This document shows positions 12,961-26,927 of a stretch of 64,000 bases of DNA, piece after piece. The notes under the pieces were generated by a model. It was not told the origin of the DNA. It was given only the letters and a program-made list of their open reading frames with translations, and made no database searches. The first letter of the stretch is position 1; the number at the start of each line of letters is the position of its first letter. The DNA comes from Octopus sinensis (Eukaryota), in the NCBI RefSeq assembly GCF_006345805.1, contig NC_042999.1, forward strand, positions 118,048,001 to 118,112,000. The letters are read 5' to 3'. The translations under genes were made by a program, and so were the position numbers.

Positions 12961-13160
12961 TACAGTAATTCCTCGCCATATCACGATTCACCAATCGCAG
13001 TTCATCATTTAAGCTTACGTCGATTCCACTGAGGTGTTGTTTTGTATTTATGATAAAATAAATATCTACAAATTACAAAAAGGATAAAAAAAGATATACT
13101 GCACAGTAATGTTTCTACTTCGCAGATTTTCACCTATCGCGGGGCGTTTTGGAACGAAAG
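12961..13160 (+). mobile_element. pogo/Tigger-like MITE, truncated
   Basis: TA-CAGTAATTCCTCGCCATATCACG left end and a subterminal TTCGCAGATTTTCACCTATCGCGG. Confidence 0.6.
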
Positions 13161-13296
13161 TGTCTGGGATATATAGATATATAGCGAATCTTATGATTAA
13201 ACGACGAACTGACGCTGGAAAAAGTACATAACAACTGTAAACGAAAATGTAGACAATAACCTAAATGTTTTGTCGTACTAGACGATAACTGTGGGA

Positions 13297-13620
13297 CTTT
13301 CTCTCTATCCGCTCAGTCGAAGTCGACTCTCGGTCACTCGTTGGATCAGTGTCCTCCAGTCAGTTCTATCTTCGGCCGCTTCCTTCAGATCGGCCATGTC
13401 CATTCCGGTATCACTCCTGATGGTGTCAAGCCAGCGGGTTCTTGGTCGGCCTCTTCCTCTCTTGCCACTGACCATTCCGAGCATGATGTTCTTCTCCAGG
13501 GATTCTCTCCGCATAATATGACCGAAATATGCCAATCTACGCTTGGTGATCCCAGCGCCTAGCGACATTTTCGGCCTTATCTGCTTAAGAACTTCTCCAT
13601 TGGTGAGCCTCGCATTTCAA
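13297..13620 (-). mobile_element. RTE-clade LINE, 5'-truncated 3' end
   Basis: Uninterrupted RLTNGEVLKQIRPKMSLGAGITKRRLAYFGHIMRRESLEKNIMLGMVSGKRGRGRPRTRWLD...AEDRTDWR*, the canonical RTE C-terminus. GC-rich relative to the flanks. Confidence 0.92.
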
Positions 13621-14542
13621 TTTGATAATATATGCGTGTGTACACACATACACACACACATACACACACACACATATGTACACATATATATGCACAAATT
13701 ATATATGGAGGCACATAATGTCTAAAATTAATAATTGTTTCTAACGTAATAATAAAGTAGTAACTTGCAATACCATTAAGTGTAAATATAATTTAGTACG
13801 GCCTTGAAATCAAATCATTTTAGGTATAAATAACGATTGGAGCCCGTGAGGGTGAATTCAGGAAGAGATTCATTGAGTGGAAATATTAAGTAGTATGAGG
13901 AACCGTGGTTGATATGTTTTGGGACAGTAGAGACAGATAAGAGTAGGTAAATGGTGAATGGAAGAACACAGAGGCTATTAAAACAGTATAGATGGAGATA
14001 TTATGACTGAGCTAGTTCAAAGTGTAAACTGCAGCATCACAAATAACAAGTGAAATGAATATAGACGCAGCGAAAAGTAGCCCGGCGCTGTATTTGGAGA
14101 CGAAGTTGGCCAGTGATCTATCAACTCTGGCATCTGTAATTTCATTTCAAAATATTGTTCACTTTAAATAAATAATTTTATAAAATGCTTTTTTCCTTCG
14201 ATAACCTTAATGCATGAAATATTTATAGAGTCACTCTTTTTTTTTGTTTTTCGCCTTTTCCTGAAAACTGAAACAAAAACGTATTTCGGAAGTCTGCGTT
14301 GGTTGAAGAACGGAAGTATTTATTTATTATATCCAATCGACCTTAAACGCCAAGCATTGACAGCATGTGTATATATGCGTATGTATGAGTCTATATGTGT
14401 ATGTATAAATGTATATATGTAACTATAAACATACATGTATATAAATACATAAATACGAACATGTAAACACACACATGCATATATTGATTAGTAATAAATG
14501 CTATTCGATCCATCATTTCGTATTAAATTTCCTTTTTATGCA

Positions 14543-14580
<38 letters not shown>

Positions 14581-14910
14581 CGTACATATATATACATACA
14601 TATATATATATACATACATACATACATAAATACATAAATGCACACATACATCTGTTTACAGAGAGAGAGAAGGGGAGAAAGAAAAAGAGAGATAGCGAGA
14701 GTGAGAGATACATGTATATATTTTGATGCGTGTATAGATATGAATGTATACATGAGTGAAGTTGTATATGTGTACATGTATACGTTTCTTGTATGAATGC
14801 CCGTGTTTTCTTGTATGAATGCGTGTTCATGTGCATATATGCCCAAGCATGCGTCTGTTTGTATCCGTGCACGTGGAAGCAGAGGCAGAGAAAGAAAGAG
14901 AGGGGGAGAG

Positions 14911-14974
<64 letters not shown>

Positions 14975-15519
14975 TCTCACTGGCTCACACTGCATGTGTG
15001 ATATTCACTGAAGCTGAAGTTTCTAACTTCCGAAGTAACATTTTCAAAATAAGTATTGTTAACTTGTATAACAGCATGAAATAAAGCTGTCCTGTTTTGC
15101 CGTTTCTGCAGCAGTATAAATGTATTGAGTTTTAAGTAGGAGGTAGACTACAACGTGACTTACAGGTAACGAGCTGAATATTATCGACTAGATCGATAAC
15201 TAGACGTAGACATTTAATATTCGCAATTATTAAATTTACTATATATATTTTATATGTATTTTACGTACGGTTATGCAATGCATTACTCTTGTAGTGTGTT
15301 TACATTGAATGGTACTGTATGTTATTGCTCTTATTACGTTAGAAACAATTATTAATTTTCAGATATTATTATTAGTAGTAATATTATGATTATGATTATG
15401 ATTATTATTATTGCTCATTATTTGAGATTTCTATCAAATGCTTCCTGTCTTGAAACAAGAATTCAACAATTGAGTACAGCATGGAGAAGATGAAAAGACA
15501 AAGTTAACACGGTTGTTCA

Positions 15520-16400
15520 AGGTTAACAAAATTGTTGAAGGTGAAGAAGTTGGCTTAGCGGGACAGAAGATGCACAGACGTTTCCAAGGACAACACAGAT
15601 GTTCAAGGTTGATAATAATCTTTTAGAGCAGCAATGTCTTAGCTTAATTATCACCTTTGCGCGCGTACTGGGTTTATTTCTGGCAACTAAGAAATGAATA
15701 AGCGAAATTATGAAAGCCTTAGACATCGACGCACGCAGATTTTCGGGATATGTGTTGTAGTTACTTGCAGCGAAGTCATTACATTGAGACTAGTAGCCGT
15801 TTATCACCCGGCTGGCGTAAATTGACGGAACTTATTTAGGCGTCCAGAAGCTCCTCTAGAAATGTTAAATTCATTCATTTTAGAACTAGCAGGAGATTTG
15901 CATTTTAAGTACAATCTGTAATTTCCGATGCGGAAAGAGATGTATCAGCCTTGCAAAGCTGCCCAGACATTTGAAACTATCTCATTCGATAGCGATTGGA
16001 TTGTCTGAAAGGAACAGTGTGGACATGAAGCTAACACGGTGGGTACAAGGACCAGAGTTAAGACCTGGTGAAATAGCAGTTGGTAGGAGCAGTCGTCAGC
16101 AATTGGTGGCAGGCCGAGCAAAGGATGAGCAATAGAGAGGCAAGATTCGGAGATGAGTTAAATAGCAAGTTTAAGGTTTCATGAGAAATATGACAGGGAC
16201 CAGAATGGAATTCATCATTTCTTCAATGCGAAACACGAAGTCTGCTTTTTTCAGAGCTAAGGAACATATACTAAAATACGAGGGTACAAAAGCCATCCGA
16301 TTGCCCTGAGTTGCGGAGACACGACGTAGCAAATCTACAATTCGGTTTTTTACATATCGGGTCGAATGGGTGCTAGTGGGTTCCAAGCATATGTGTGCTG
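15520..16400 (-). mobile_element. Decayed Ty3/Gypsy reverse transcriptase relic
   Basis: Minus-strand fragments KNRIVDLLRRVS (cf. KxRxCVDLRxLN), FSICSLALKKADF and GASGRLNKFRQFTP (cf. LGxVNYxxKFxP); many stops. Confidence 0.5.
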
Positions 16401-16639
16401 ATTTCTACCAGCACTTTGTCAATGTGTTGCCAGGTGTTAGATTTGTTGGCAGTAACAAATTTACTGTTTACCTCTGCAGCCTGTAACAACTTTCGGTGGA
16501 AGTCGTGAGATGCGAAAATATGGGAGAGAATAAGTAGATGCACGAGGCAGAAGTTATCAGGTTTAGATTAACTTTTGCTTTTAGAAGTTCGATCATTACA
16601 GTACGTCAGGGATATAAATACATGCCATACTTATTTAGT

Positions 16640-19226
16640 CACCTTTTGAGAGGCGTTTATAGCAAACTGCAGCAGAACGAAAAATAACTAGCATGAACCT
16701 GGCTGGCACAGAACTAATAGCCACAGAAACCAATGTCAATATGACCAGGCTAAATGATATAATATATGCAGCAGACTGTGGCGACAAGAAAGCTGGATAC
16801 TCCCTAAAACCCTCCCAAACAGGAGCATCACCACACAAACAAACCCTATGGATAAATAATATCCAGAAAAAATAGAAAATAAGAGAAAGGATCTGTCAAT
16901 CCTTAATGAAACTAGTAGACACTCAACACTACTAAGCAACAAGAAAAGAAAAATACTACGTAAATACAAAATTACTGAACAATCTATAGCTGAGGTAAAA
17001 GACCAGCTAGAGCAAGATATCCTCGCCAAAGCGCAAATAATCTACCGGTATGAGAAACGCAAACGTTTCTTTGAAAACAAACGGTTTAACTCCAACCCCC
17101 AAAAATTCTACCAAGAACTTTTGACAAAAATAAAATAGAGATCAATACAGCACCGAGAGCAGAAGAAGTGGAAGAATTTTGGAAATAAATATGGTCAGTG
17201 AAGGAAAAACCTCAGATAAAGTCTATCAAAATAACGAACATGGCACCTGAACAACTCTGGACCCTATAACAATTGAAGAGGTCAAACAGGAACTGTAAAA
17301 GCTAAGCAACAAGAAGGCACCAGAACACGACAAGATCCCCAGCTTGTGGTTAAAATACCTAACAGGAACACATAAAAAGCTGACTGAGAAATTTAATGAA
17401 ATACTAGCAGAGTCGGAGACAATGCCTGAATGGCTCACGGAAGGAAAAACTATCCTAATTCCCAAATCCGCAGAAACGGCAAACACTCAAAATTACAGGC
17501 CGATAACTTCTCTCCCTACAATTTACAAAAACCCTTTACTGCAATAATGTCGCAGCGAATGAGCAAGCATTTGGAAGAAAACAACCTGTTTCCAAAAGAG
17601 CAGAAGGGATGCAGCAAGGGATCATATGCCTGTAAAAATCAGCTATTGAACAATAAAGCCATAAATGAAGAAAGTCGCAGAAAGAAGAAGAGTCTAAGTG
17701 GCCTAGATCAATTACAGACAGGCTTTTGATAGTATTCTCTTCACATAGATCCTAGAAACACTAGCCATGATCAAGGTAGCACCAATAATCATAAAATATA
17801 TAAAACATTCCATGAATAAATGGCAGACAGTACTACAGTTCCAGACAAAAGAAGGACTCATAAAATCCAATGTTATCCCCATTAGAAGAGGAATATTCCA
17901 GGAAGACTACTCTCTCCTTTTCTGCTTGGGACTGACACCTTTATCTGACATGCTAAACAGAACTGAATGTAGATACAACTTTTACGGCAAAGCAATCAGC
18001 TACTTCTTATATATGGGTGATCTAAAACAGTAAGCTACAATTTACAAACAGTTGGAAACATCACTACAGACAGTACATGGATTTACAAAAGAAATACATA
18101 TGAAATTTGGCTTAGAAAAATGTGCCAAAGCAATCTTGAAAAGAGGAAAACTAGTTGAGAGTAGCAACATCACACTAGATAAAATAGATGCGATAGGAGA
18201 ATTAGACCAAAGCCAGACACACAAATAGTTAGGAATCAATGAACTAGATACGATACAATACACTCAAATGACAGAGAAGATATGAAAAGAATACTATAGA
18301 CAAGTTATATTAATAGTGAAAACAGAGCTCAACGTGAAAAACAAGATAATAGGTATCAACACTCTAACCATCCCAGTTATAAGTTACAGCTACTTAACTG
18401 GAATCTAAATGAACTATTCAAAACAGACAGGCAAACAAGAAAAATAATGACTGGATTTAGGATGCACCACCCAAAATCTGACATAGCAATGTTATATATA
18501 CAACGTATGGGAAATAGTAGAGACCTTATACAGCTAGAAAACCACACCATAGGACTGCAAAAATGCCTACTTCAGAAGCAAGGCAAACTAATACAAATAG
18601 TCACAAAACACGAGCAAAACAAAAACTGTTTTCAGTTTTTAAGGAAACTGACAAATACAAACAAGAAGTCATACGACCTACCAAATATGAAGATGAAGAA
18701 GAAACAATAAAAGTTATAAAACAAATGAAATCCAAACTAAAACTAGAACAGCAACGGATCATGATAAAACGATAAAGGTGAAAACAATACTAACAAGAAT
18801 TGGAGCATTGGGCATGATAATAAAACATATGAACAAAAACATAGAAACTATACCTAAATCCTCAATATTACACACTATCCAAAAAAATAGCCCTGCTAGA
18901 AACAGACCACAACTACGCAAGGCACTATCAATTCAATAATACAACCTAAACAAAACAACCCACAAACACAATACACTTTGTACAGCAATTATTCTTTCAC
19001 CAGCAATCCAGATAACCAATGCATTACACACTCAACACTCAATACAAACAGTAACACAACAAAAGACTGCACCACAGTTCAAGAGAAAAAATACTGACGC
19101 ACTATAATACCGGGAAGAGTTCGCACACTCAACAATAGAAAAGAACACAATGCTGCACACAGTCCAGCAACACAGAAGTGTAGCAGATAATGCAGTAGAA
19201 ATGTGCCTGCAACTAACAAATATTGA
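16640..19226 (+). mobile_element. R4/Dong-clade (RLE-type) non-LTR retrotransposon, frameshifted and internally deleted
   Basis: PEWLTEGKTILIPK, NYRPITSLPTIYK, FPKEQKGC, IRRGIFQ, YMGDLK, MKFGLEKC and RMHHPKSD motifs, plus a C-terminal IGALG/QKIALL. Ends in (AAC)n(AAT)n. Confidence 0.88.
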
Positions 19227-19265
19227 ACAACAACAACAGTAATAATAATAATAATAATAATAATA

Positions 19266-19303
<38 letters not shown>

Positions 19304-21369
19304 TATTTTCTAAGATTGATGACATATATTCACTTTATATCTCTCTTTAAATGTTTGATACTTGATCTATGCAATGTTACCTTGGAACTTTTTATCGTAA
19401 CGTAAACTTACTGAGAGTGTGACGTAGAATGTAGTTCTATCCTGCGCAATGGCATCGCTGTGTCCATACTTAAAACTCTTGATTTCCAAATGATCCAAAA
19501 CACCTAGCTGTCCATACGCATCATTATCTAGATACATCTTACAACCGAAATCTGTGAGAACACTGTGATGTCCAGCGATTTGTTACCTTACAGTACGTAC
19601 TTACATGTATCTTCCTAGTGGGATCTGGAGAAGAACGGACTTGATTAGGTTAACTTTCTCTGGATACACTGAATAAATGTTAAATCTTCAAGATTTTTAC
19701 AAGATGACTCAGGCGGTAATGGAACACACTTCACTTGACAGTTGCAGATTAATAAATATTTGAAAGACAATGATTAGATCTCAGTACTAACGTTCTGAAG
19801 ATAGTGATAGATGAATGGTTCGAAATCAATCCTGATAACATTGTCTCATCATCGAATTGCCTTCAGCTGCAATATAATTAATAAATCTGCTTTTCAGATT
19901 CCTCACAGGTTTTCTTTTACTTCACCTACACTGCTAATATGAGAATTAGACAAAGATGGACGTCACAAAGTCTGACTTCCTTCTTCTATAAATCTGTAGC
20001 CTTGTATCTAAACCTGAAGTCAATAGTGTGTAATTGTTATTTTGAAACATAATGATGGTAACGATAAAAATTCTGAGATAAGGTGAAAAGCTTTTGATGC
20101 TTTATATAATCGAATACGATATTTCAGGTGTTAATTTTTCAAATGCTATCGGAGCCAAATTGGCATCTCATAATCTAAATGCTGATAATATAATAAAATA
20201 ATGTTAATTTATTATTCAAATGAAAATTAATTCAGTTATGCTGATGAATTGGTAAATTCCTAATCCTTCCGTTCCAAGTTCAAATTCGCGCCAAGACAGT
20301 TTTACCTTTCAGAATTTCGAGTTCAATAAAAGAAAATTACTTTCAGAGGGCGATGGATTAATCGAACTGTTAGTGTGTCAGGCAAGATGACTTGTGATTC
20401 ACTGCGTTCTAAGAGCAGCACCTGTTATGACACTAGCGTCAGGCTCTCTCGAAACATTGGTGGTCTGGAAATGGAAGGATCGCACACAAGGGCAATTGTC
20501 AGTCTTCTGCAAAATAATTTTTTTAAAAATCTTGCCCAGAGCTATATGTGCATGTGCATATCCAGAATCAGCACTGAGGGCAGATGGACCTTCGGAGCCA
20601 GTCACTTCATAATCCTTCCGCAACAAAATATGGTTTTGTGATTTAGAATAAAATCATAATTTCTTAGAACTTTAAGAATGAACATTGTAATACCTCGACC
20701 GTCTGAATCTAAATCGCTGTCTATTGAACATAATTCTAATTCTAATCGGTTAAAGGATGAGGAGGTGTCCGTAAACATTACAAACACTTTTCGAATGATG
20801 GGATTAACTGGATTAATACCTTGCTTGAATGTATGTAACCCAATGTTAGCAGGTAAAAAGAAAGTTTCCAAAACAAATGCACTTTTGAAGAAACGTTTGA
20901 ATGCTACAGTAATAACCCATTAACGTTTTTCTAAAATCTTACAAATCCTTGGGGAATATCATGTTGTGCTTAACCTCAATGATATTTTTAGTCATCACCG
21001 GATGGTACAAGTGTATATATATATCTTTTCCCCCCAGAGATGTATGTACATGTGTTATGTATACATATAGAAATTTTTGCATAACATGCACTTAGTGGTA
21101 TAGTGTAGACGAAAAGTAAAAGAGATCATGTGAGTGTTTGAGAAAAATACCAAAATAATTATATTTATTTCACTGGAAAGACTCCCAATGGTGACTTCTG
21201 CACAAGAAGATATACTTAAATGATAAGTAACATATTTAATGTGGTGATCCCAAAATAATAGTCACTGAATTGAAATTCTGAGAAAAAGACATTACAAGCG
21301 TTAGTGACAATTCTTCCTGACAGGTATAAGAAAAAGATCTCTGAACATTTGCATACTTAAATCCATTAG

Positions 21370-22080
21370 TCCATTAACGTTTCAAAACTATCTCAACACC
21401 ATCTCCAAAATGAAGATTGTTGATTGGCACTTTCGTAAAGGAACATAAGACTGTAGGTGGCTTTTTTTTCTATTCATTCGAATGCCAAATTTAAAAGGGA
21501 TTTAATGGTTATGTCCGGTACTTTTCGTAGATAATTTCAAGTATATTGTATCTGTATGTTGATGTTTCGCTTATAGATTAGTAAAGCCTACATACACACT
21601 CACTTAATATTTTGTGAAATTCTATATAGAATTGTAATAATCTTTGCCGTTGATTTTACATCTATTTTTATTTCATGTACTGCATTGCAATGAACTGCTA
21701 TGTATCCTTTTGTAACTGCCAGATCCAATAACGGGAGTGTGTGGTGCTTGTATACTCAATGCAGCAATTTGATTAAAGAAATTTACTATTTCCGTATTTT
21801 TCATAGGACAATTTAAATAATGTGGTTAGTTGGGTTGTGATTGTTACTGCCAAGGTGTTTTTCATTTTGGTGTTTTTGTAATATATTCTAGATGTTAGTG
21901 TGTGGTTAGATAGGATACATGGTGTGTTGTCTTTTATAAATATTTTAATTATGTGTTCATCCATTTTTTAACCAGGGTAATTCTGGTTCTTGAAGTATAC
22001 GATATGTGTTGTATGGATAATTTTATTGGGTGTTGCGTCCATTATCAGTGTGTTGATGAACTTGTTTTTTTTATTGTTGA
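21370..22080 (-). mobile_element. Decayed Penelope-like element: RT C-terminus and GIY-YIG relic
   Basis: Minus strand reads IVYFKNQNYPG (cf. LxxNxYP), NTPCILSNHTLTSRIYYKNT and a downstream YVGFT. A degenerate GAAACGTT hammerhead-like motif lies at about 21371-21413. Confidence 0.5.
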
Positions 22081-22089
22081 TAGTTCAAA

Positions 22090-22500
22090 AGCAGTTCAAA
22101 AGTCTCCGTTTATGAAATCAATGCTGATTTAATGTGTGATTTTGTAGGTTGCATATACATGATTGAGAAAAATTAGTAGGAATAACAGGTTATGTTATTT
22201 GCATAAGCCTAGTCATTGCCAGATGCGGTATCAGAAGATCTATGATGTACGGATGGAAGAAAATGGAGGACAAAACCGAATATTAGAGTTAAGTGTGAGT
22301 GGGGCGGAAAGAACTCCGTCAACACATGCCACGATGGCGCAGTCTTATAGAAAAATAACAATGCAAGAAATGAGATATGACTGCAGCTTGTAGACAGGAT
22401 GTTTTGATAGGAAATGTGTATGTCAGACAGGGTTAAAGGTTTTGCTAATGTCTAAAGCAACAATATTTCTTTCATCGAAAATCTGTTTGGTGAGAGCCCA
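22090..22500 (-). mobile_element. Decayed Jockey/CR1-group LINE RT fragment
   Basis: Minus strand reads NIVALDISKTFNPV*HTHFLSK (cf. ALDISKAFDxVxHxxLLxK). Confidence 0.65.
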
Positions 22501-22584
22501 ATTGTAAATACGTACATATATAAATGAATACATATATACACATACGCACTCCTAACCACCCGCCCGACCACACATTCTCATACA

Positions 22585-22617
<33 letters not shown>

Positions 22618-22849
22618 TGTTTGGGATTATATCCAAATGTTTGTATTTGATAAATATAAAACATAGAACTTATGGATTTTATATTCAAAATTAATTTACA
22701 TTGACAATAAATACACTTAAGATAAATTTTATATATTGTTTTGCGATGATTTCAAGAAGTATTGCTTCAAAATAACTGGCTGTCTGATAGCAGCACGGGC
22801 AATTTTTCAAAGTCACTCTATTACCTCAATCTAGCAAATGAATAATCAT

Positions 22850-23750
22850 TTTCACAAATTTCCTATTTTTTTCTTTTGAATCATAGGATGGATACTATTT
22901 AGATGGTTGGGTTAGAACAAGACAGTATCAATATACATACAAACAGCCAACAATAAAGCTCTAGCCGTCATGCTACCTGATACAAATTGCAGCTGTATAT
23001 TTCTCAGACCACATTCTGTCATAATTAAATTTGCAACATCCACATTTCATACTGTTATTCTGTATTACCATAAAACGGCATACTCACTACTGTGATGTCT
23101 CTGATTATAGATCTACATGGTAGTATATACCGAAGGCTAACGGACCTAACAATTTGAAAACTATTTCGGAAGCATTGTTTTATATGAACATTTTCAGCAT
23201 AAACCGTACATATATCAATACCAGATATAATCGTACCCCCGGGATATTTGAAAACTTGAGCAACAATCACTGAAAGCCATGTTAAATATTAAAATTCAAC
23301 ATGCATGAAAACTTCTCTTTGTGATCGCATATCCTCAAAATAGCAAAGACAACGTCAGAGAGGGTGACTTTCCTCTTTCAAACCCCAACAATAAAGCTTA
23401 GATGAGACACACAATGGAAGACTATTATACATAGGTTATTACTGCAGCTGCTAGACACAGACTCATAATTAGACGCTATTCAGTATCCAAAATATAACCT
23501 AATTGTTATGAAGTCGCTTAACACAACATCATAAGCATTATCCTATAAACTTTTTATTTCCATTCTATGACCACTGTTCTTTGGAGTTAGCCCCTGCTAA
23601 TCACGTCTCCAGTATTCTATCCAACACCGAACATGAAAACCTATGCCAGATATTATGGCCTGTCTTTCCTCTTAAGACCGTCGTCTCGATGGAATTACTG
23701 CTCTAAGCAAGTGTTTTTCACGTAGCTGTGAGCTTCAAAGTTTCAAAGAG
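22850..23750 (+). mobile_element. Heavily decayed LINE RT relic
   Basis: Fragments PKANGPNN (cf. KAxGPD) and YKLFISIL; no continuous ORF. Confidence 0.35.
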
Positions 23751-24360
23751 GATCAGAAATTATGTTACACTCACATGTATCACCAAGTTTCAAAAGATGC
23801 GTACGCAGCTCTTACATTCTGTGGAAAGTAAAGGAAACAAAACATTTAATAGAATAAATAGTAATAAGACAACTTAAATATTGTTATTAAACTAAACCTG
23901 ACAACTTGGACATCACGTTTTGTCTTGACTTTTATTGAAAACTCTGTATATTGCAAAACTATTTAAGCGGAACTGAGTGAGAACAGTGAAGGAAAGTATC
24001 AAAAATAAATAACAAAACTAAAATTATATTTAAAGAAAATGAAGAATATCTACTTACACTACAATTCAACAAATAGAACCAATACATTAGTTTACATGAG
24101 GTGATACATTGTACTTAGAAAGATAATAATAGCAATAAAATATTAATACCAATAAAAACTATTTTTAGAAATGTACCATGAGAGAAGAAAGAACAAATAG
24201 TAAATAATTTTCTAATTAAAGCCTTCAAGAATTGTAGTGTTATTCACCGACATGTTTATCACTATAAAGATGAGATATGCCTTACTGGGAAATAAAATAA
24301 ATTTTGTGGACAAGCTGTTTCGCATACACATACAAGCATGTATACATACATACACACATG

Positions 24361-24409
<49 letters not shown>

Positions 24410-24899
24410 GCATACATACATTCACACATACATACACACACACATACATATATGGATGAGTGTTTGCCTATGTGCATGGCTATAATTATACATACACACA
24501 CATATGTAAGTGTGTGTGAAAAATAATGAAAAGGTTTTGAAAATGTGCCAAATATTATATATATTTGAATAAGACAAGTTTTATTTTTTAACATTGGAGA
24601 CAAATACTTTATGTCTTGAAATTAAAATAAATAATTTTGTTTTTTCACAAGAGTTTTCATGTAAAAATGTTTTACTAAAACATAATCAAAACTAATATGA
24701 GTAGAGCAAGCAATCATTTTCTGAACAAAAACTGGCAATATAGGGACACAAGATGTATCACATTTCAAAAATTGAGTCAAAAATATTCTAGCATTCACAA
24801 AGCAAATATTATACTTATCAAGTGATCGACCCGTCAACTATCAAATGTATTTGAAATTAAAGATGACATTGCAGAACTTTTGAGAAAATTCACATCATC

Positions 24900-25570
24900 A
24901 GAGGGGTTATCTTTTAACAGGATAATGAGGATGAAATCTTAATTAAAAATAAAATACAGCTTTTAATGAAATCTGCCAATATATTTCAAAAGAATCAACA
25001 TGTTTCTGTGGAACACACTGATAAAGCGATAGCAAAGCAAATAAAATCCAGTTTTACTAGACAAGAATGAGTTTATCTAAAAACTTTGAAACTTGAGAAA
25101 AATATAATTGCGGAGTAATCAGACAAAGGTATTTCACTTCTTGTTGAACCATAATATTGCTCGAATATTGTTCTAAATATATTGTAGGACAATTTGTTCT
25201 ATGAAGAAACCAAAGATTATAAATTTGTAAAGATTATAAAACTACTGACCCTTTTAATAAACGCTTATCAAAATTCCTCAACTGATAGAGAACTGATTAA
25301 CTTTCAAACTTCTAATATAATAAAGTAACTTCTATAGATTACCTAAAATACATAATAAACTAGTTAATAAAACATGTGAAACAGAGAAGATAAATTGTTT
25401 GAACATACCCTCGACAACGGATTTAAAACTACGACCAATCGTAGCAGGCCTGTATTGCAAAATACGCATCACTTAAATACCTTCCTAGACATTCAACTAA
25501 TGTCTTTCATCGAGCACATAAAAATCTTTATACGAGATTATCTTGATATATTCAAACCATCTTCCTAATA
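24900..25570 (+). mobile_element. Decayed Penelope-like RT N-terminal fragment
   Basis: FYRLPKIHNK (cf. FYGLPKIHK) and KLRPIVAG...FIRDYLDIF (cf. RPIV...YIRDxxDF). Confidence 0.75.
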
Positions 25571-26042
25571 CCACAAACGAAAATAATTATGTTGTCACAT
25601 TTGATATATATACTGATGATACTGATGTGAAAAGGTAGAGTGCTTTACTGATTGCTTTTACTCGGTTAAATGTGAAAAAAATTATAGATGTGTGTGGACT
25701 GGGAGAATGAGAGATTTTAGTCTTAGTACCTGTGGGCGAAGAAGCCTATTAGGAAGATTTAATTTTACTCCTTGTGTTAACGAGTGAAGGTTGAGATGTG
25801 ATGTAAGATAATTCCACAGAGAAAAAAAGAGTGAGAAAGATGAGAGAAGGAGGGAAAGAGAGGGGGAGAAAGAGAGAGTTTATTGAAAGAATGGTTGAAG
25901 TAAAATATTTATCCATCGATTTGGAGATTGCTTCAATGTCATTATAATTATCATGAAAATTTTCATGAAATCCGTCATTTAAACAACGTCCGGTGAATTG
26001 CAAATTTACACTAGACAAGACGTTGGAGCTCAGTGACAAGAA

Positions 26043-26911
26043 ATTTACACCAAGCGCATGCACTCACAGAAATATTTCTCTTTTCCACAATTTTTCATCT
26101 ACCCCATTGCAAATCTTATTTCTTGAAAAAATAAACACAGAGAACTGGTAAGGTAACTCCACGAATCATAGCCAGTGAAGAACATTTACGGCTATGTACG
26201 CCTAACTGTATATGAATGAGATATAACTCAGCAATATATGGTGTAAAGGAACAGTTTGTTGCGTTCGTATATGAAATTTCACTTTGGAACCAGTTATGGA
26301 TGCACCGTTGGAAATAACAAGACACGTGTAATATACATAAAAGCGTTTACATTGTGCTAGGTTATTTATTACAGGAGCTCATAGGGGTCATATAGGTTGC
26401 ATTTTATCTTTTATGCAAGAAGAAAAGCAGAACTCTTAACACTTCTGAGGGCTTCCGAGATGATGGAAAACTGGAAGATATCTTCAAACCGGAAACCTGG
26501 TTCAAGTGTTAGCAACAGGGGGAACTCAGCTAACGGTAGACACAAAGTTCAAGTTGGTGGTACTAAATCGAGCCACGGATTAAATCTAACGCCCAATTTG
26601 GCCATGGTGGAATTTTAAATAAGAAAGCAAATACTTGGAACAGATACCATAAGACATCGAGTCCGACATTCTTACAGCCCTGCTGATCCATCACCAGTAC
26701 TTGATAATTTTTTATCGATTCTGCAAGGATGGAGAACAAAGTTAAACCCGGTGAGATTTGAACCCAGTATGTAGAGGGTCAGAGTAGGTGAGATTCAGAA
26801 AGGAAAGGAACAGATAGAAGTTGAAATGGAAGGGAATAAGATTTACAGTGGGACAGATAAAAAATTGTGGAAATGAGAAATATTTCTGTGAGTGTATGCG
26901 CTTGGTGTAAA
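26043..26911. repeat. About 78 bp inverted repeat pair about 715 bp apart
   Basis: 26043-26120 matches the reverse complement of 26835-26911 with roughly 8 mismatches. Confidence 0.85.
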
Positions 26912-26927
26912 CCTCCAGAATTTATGT

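Noticed and set aside
19795-19835. CTGAAGA...GAAA hammerhead-like spacing
   Set aside because: No helix II, helix III or helix I pairing.
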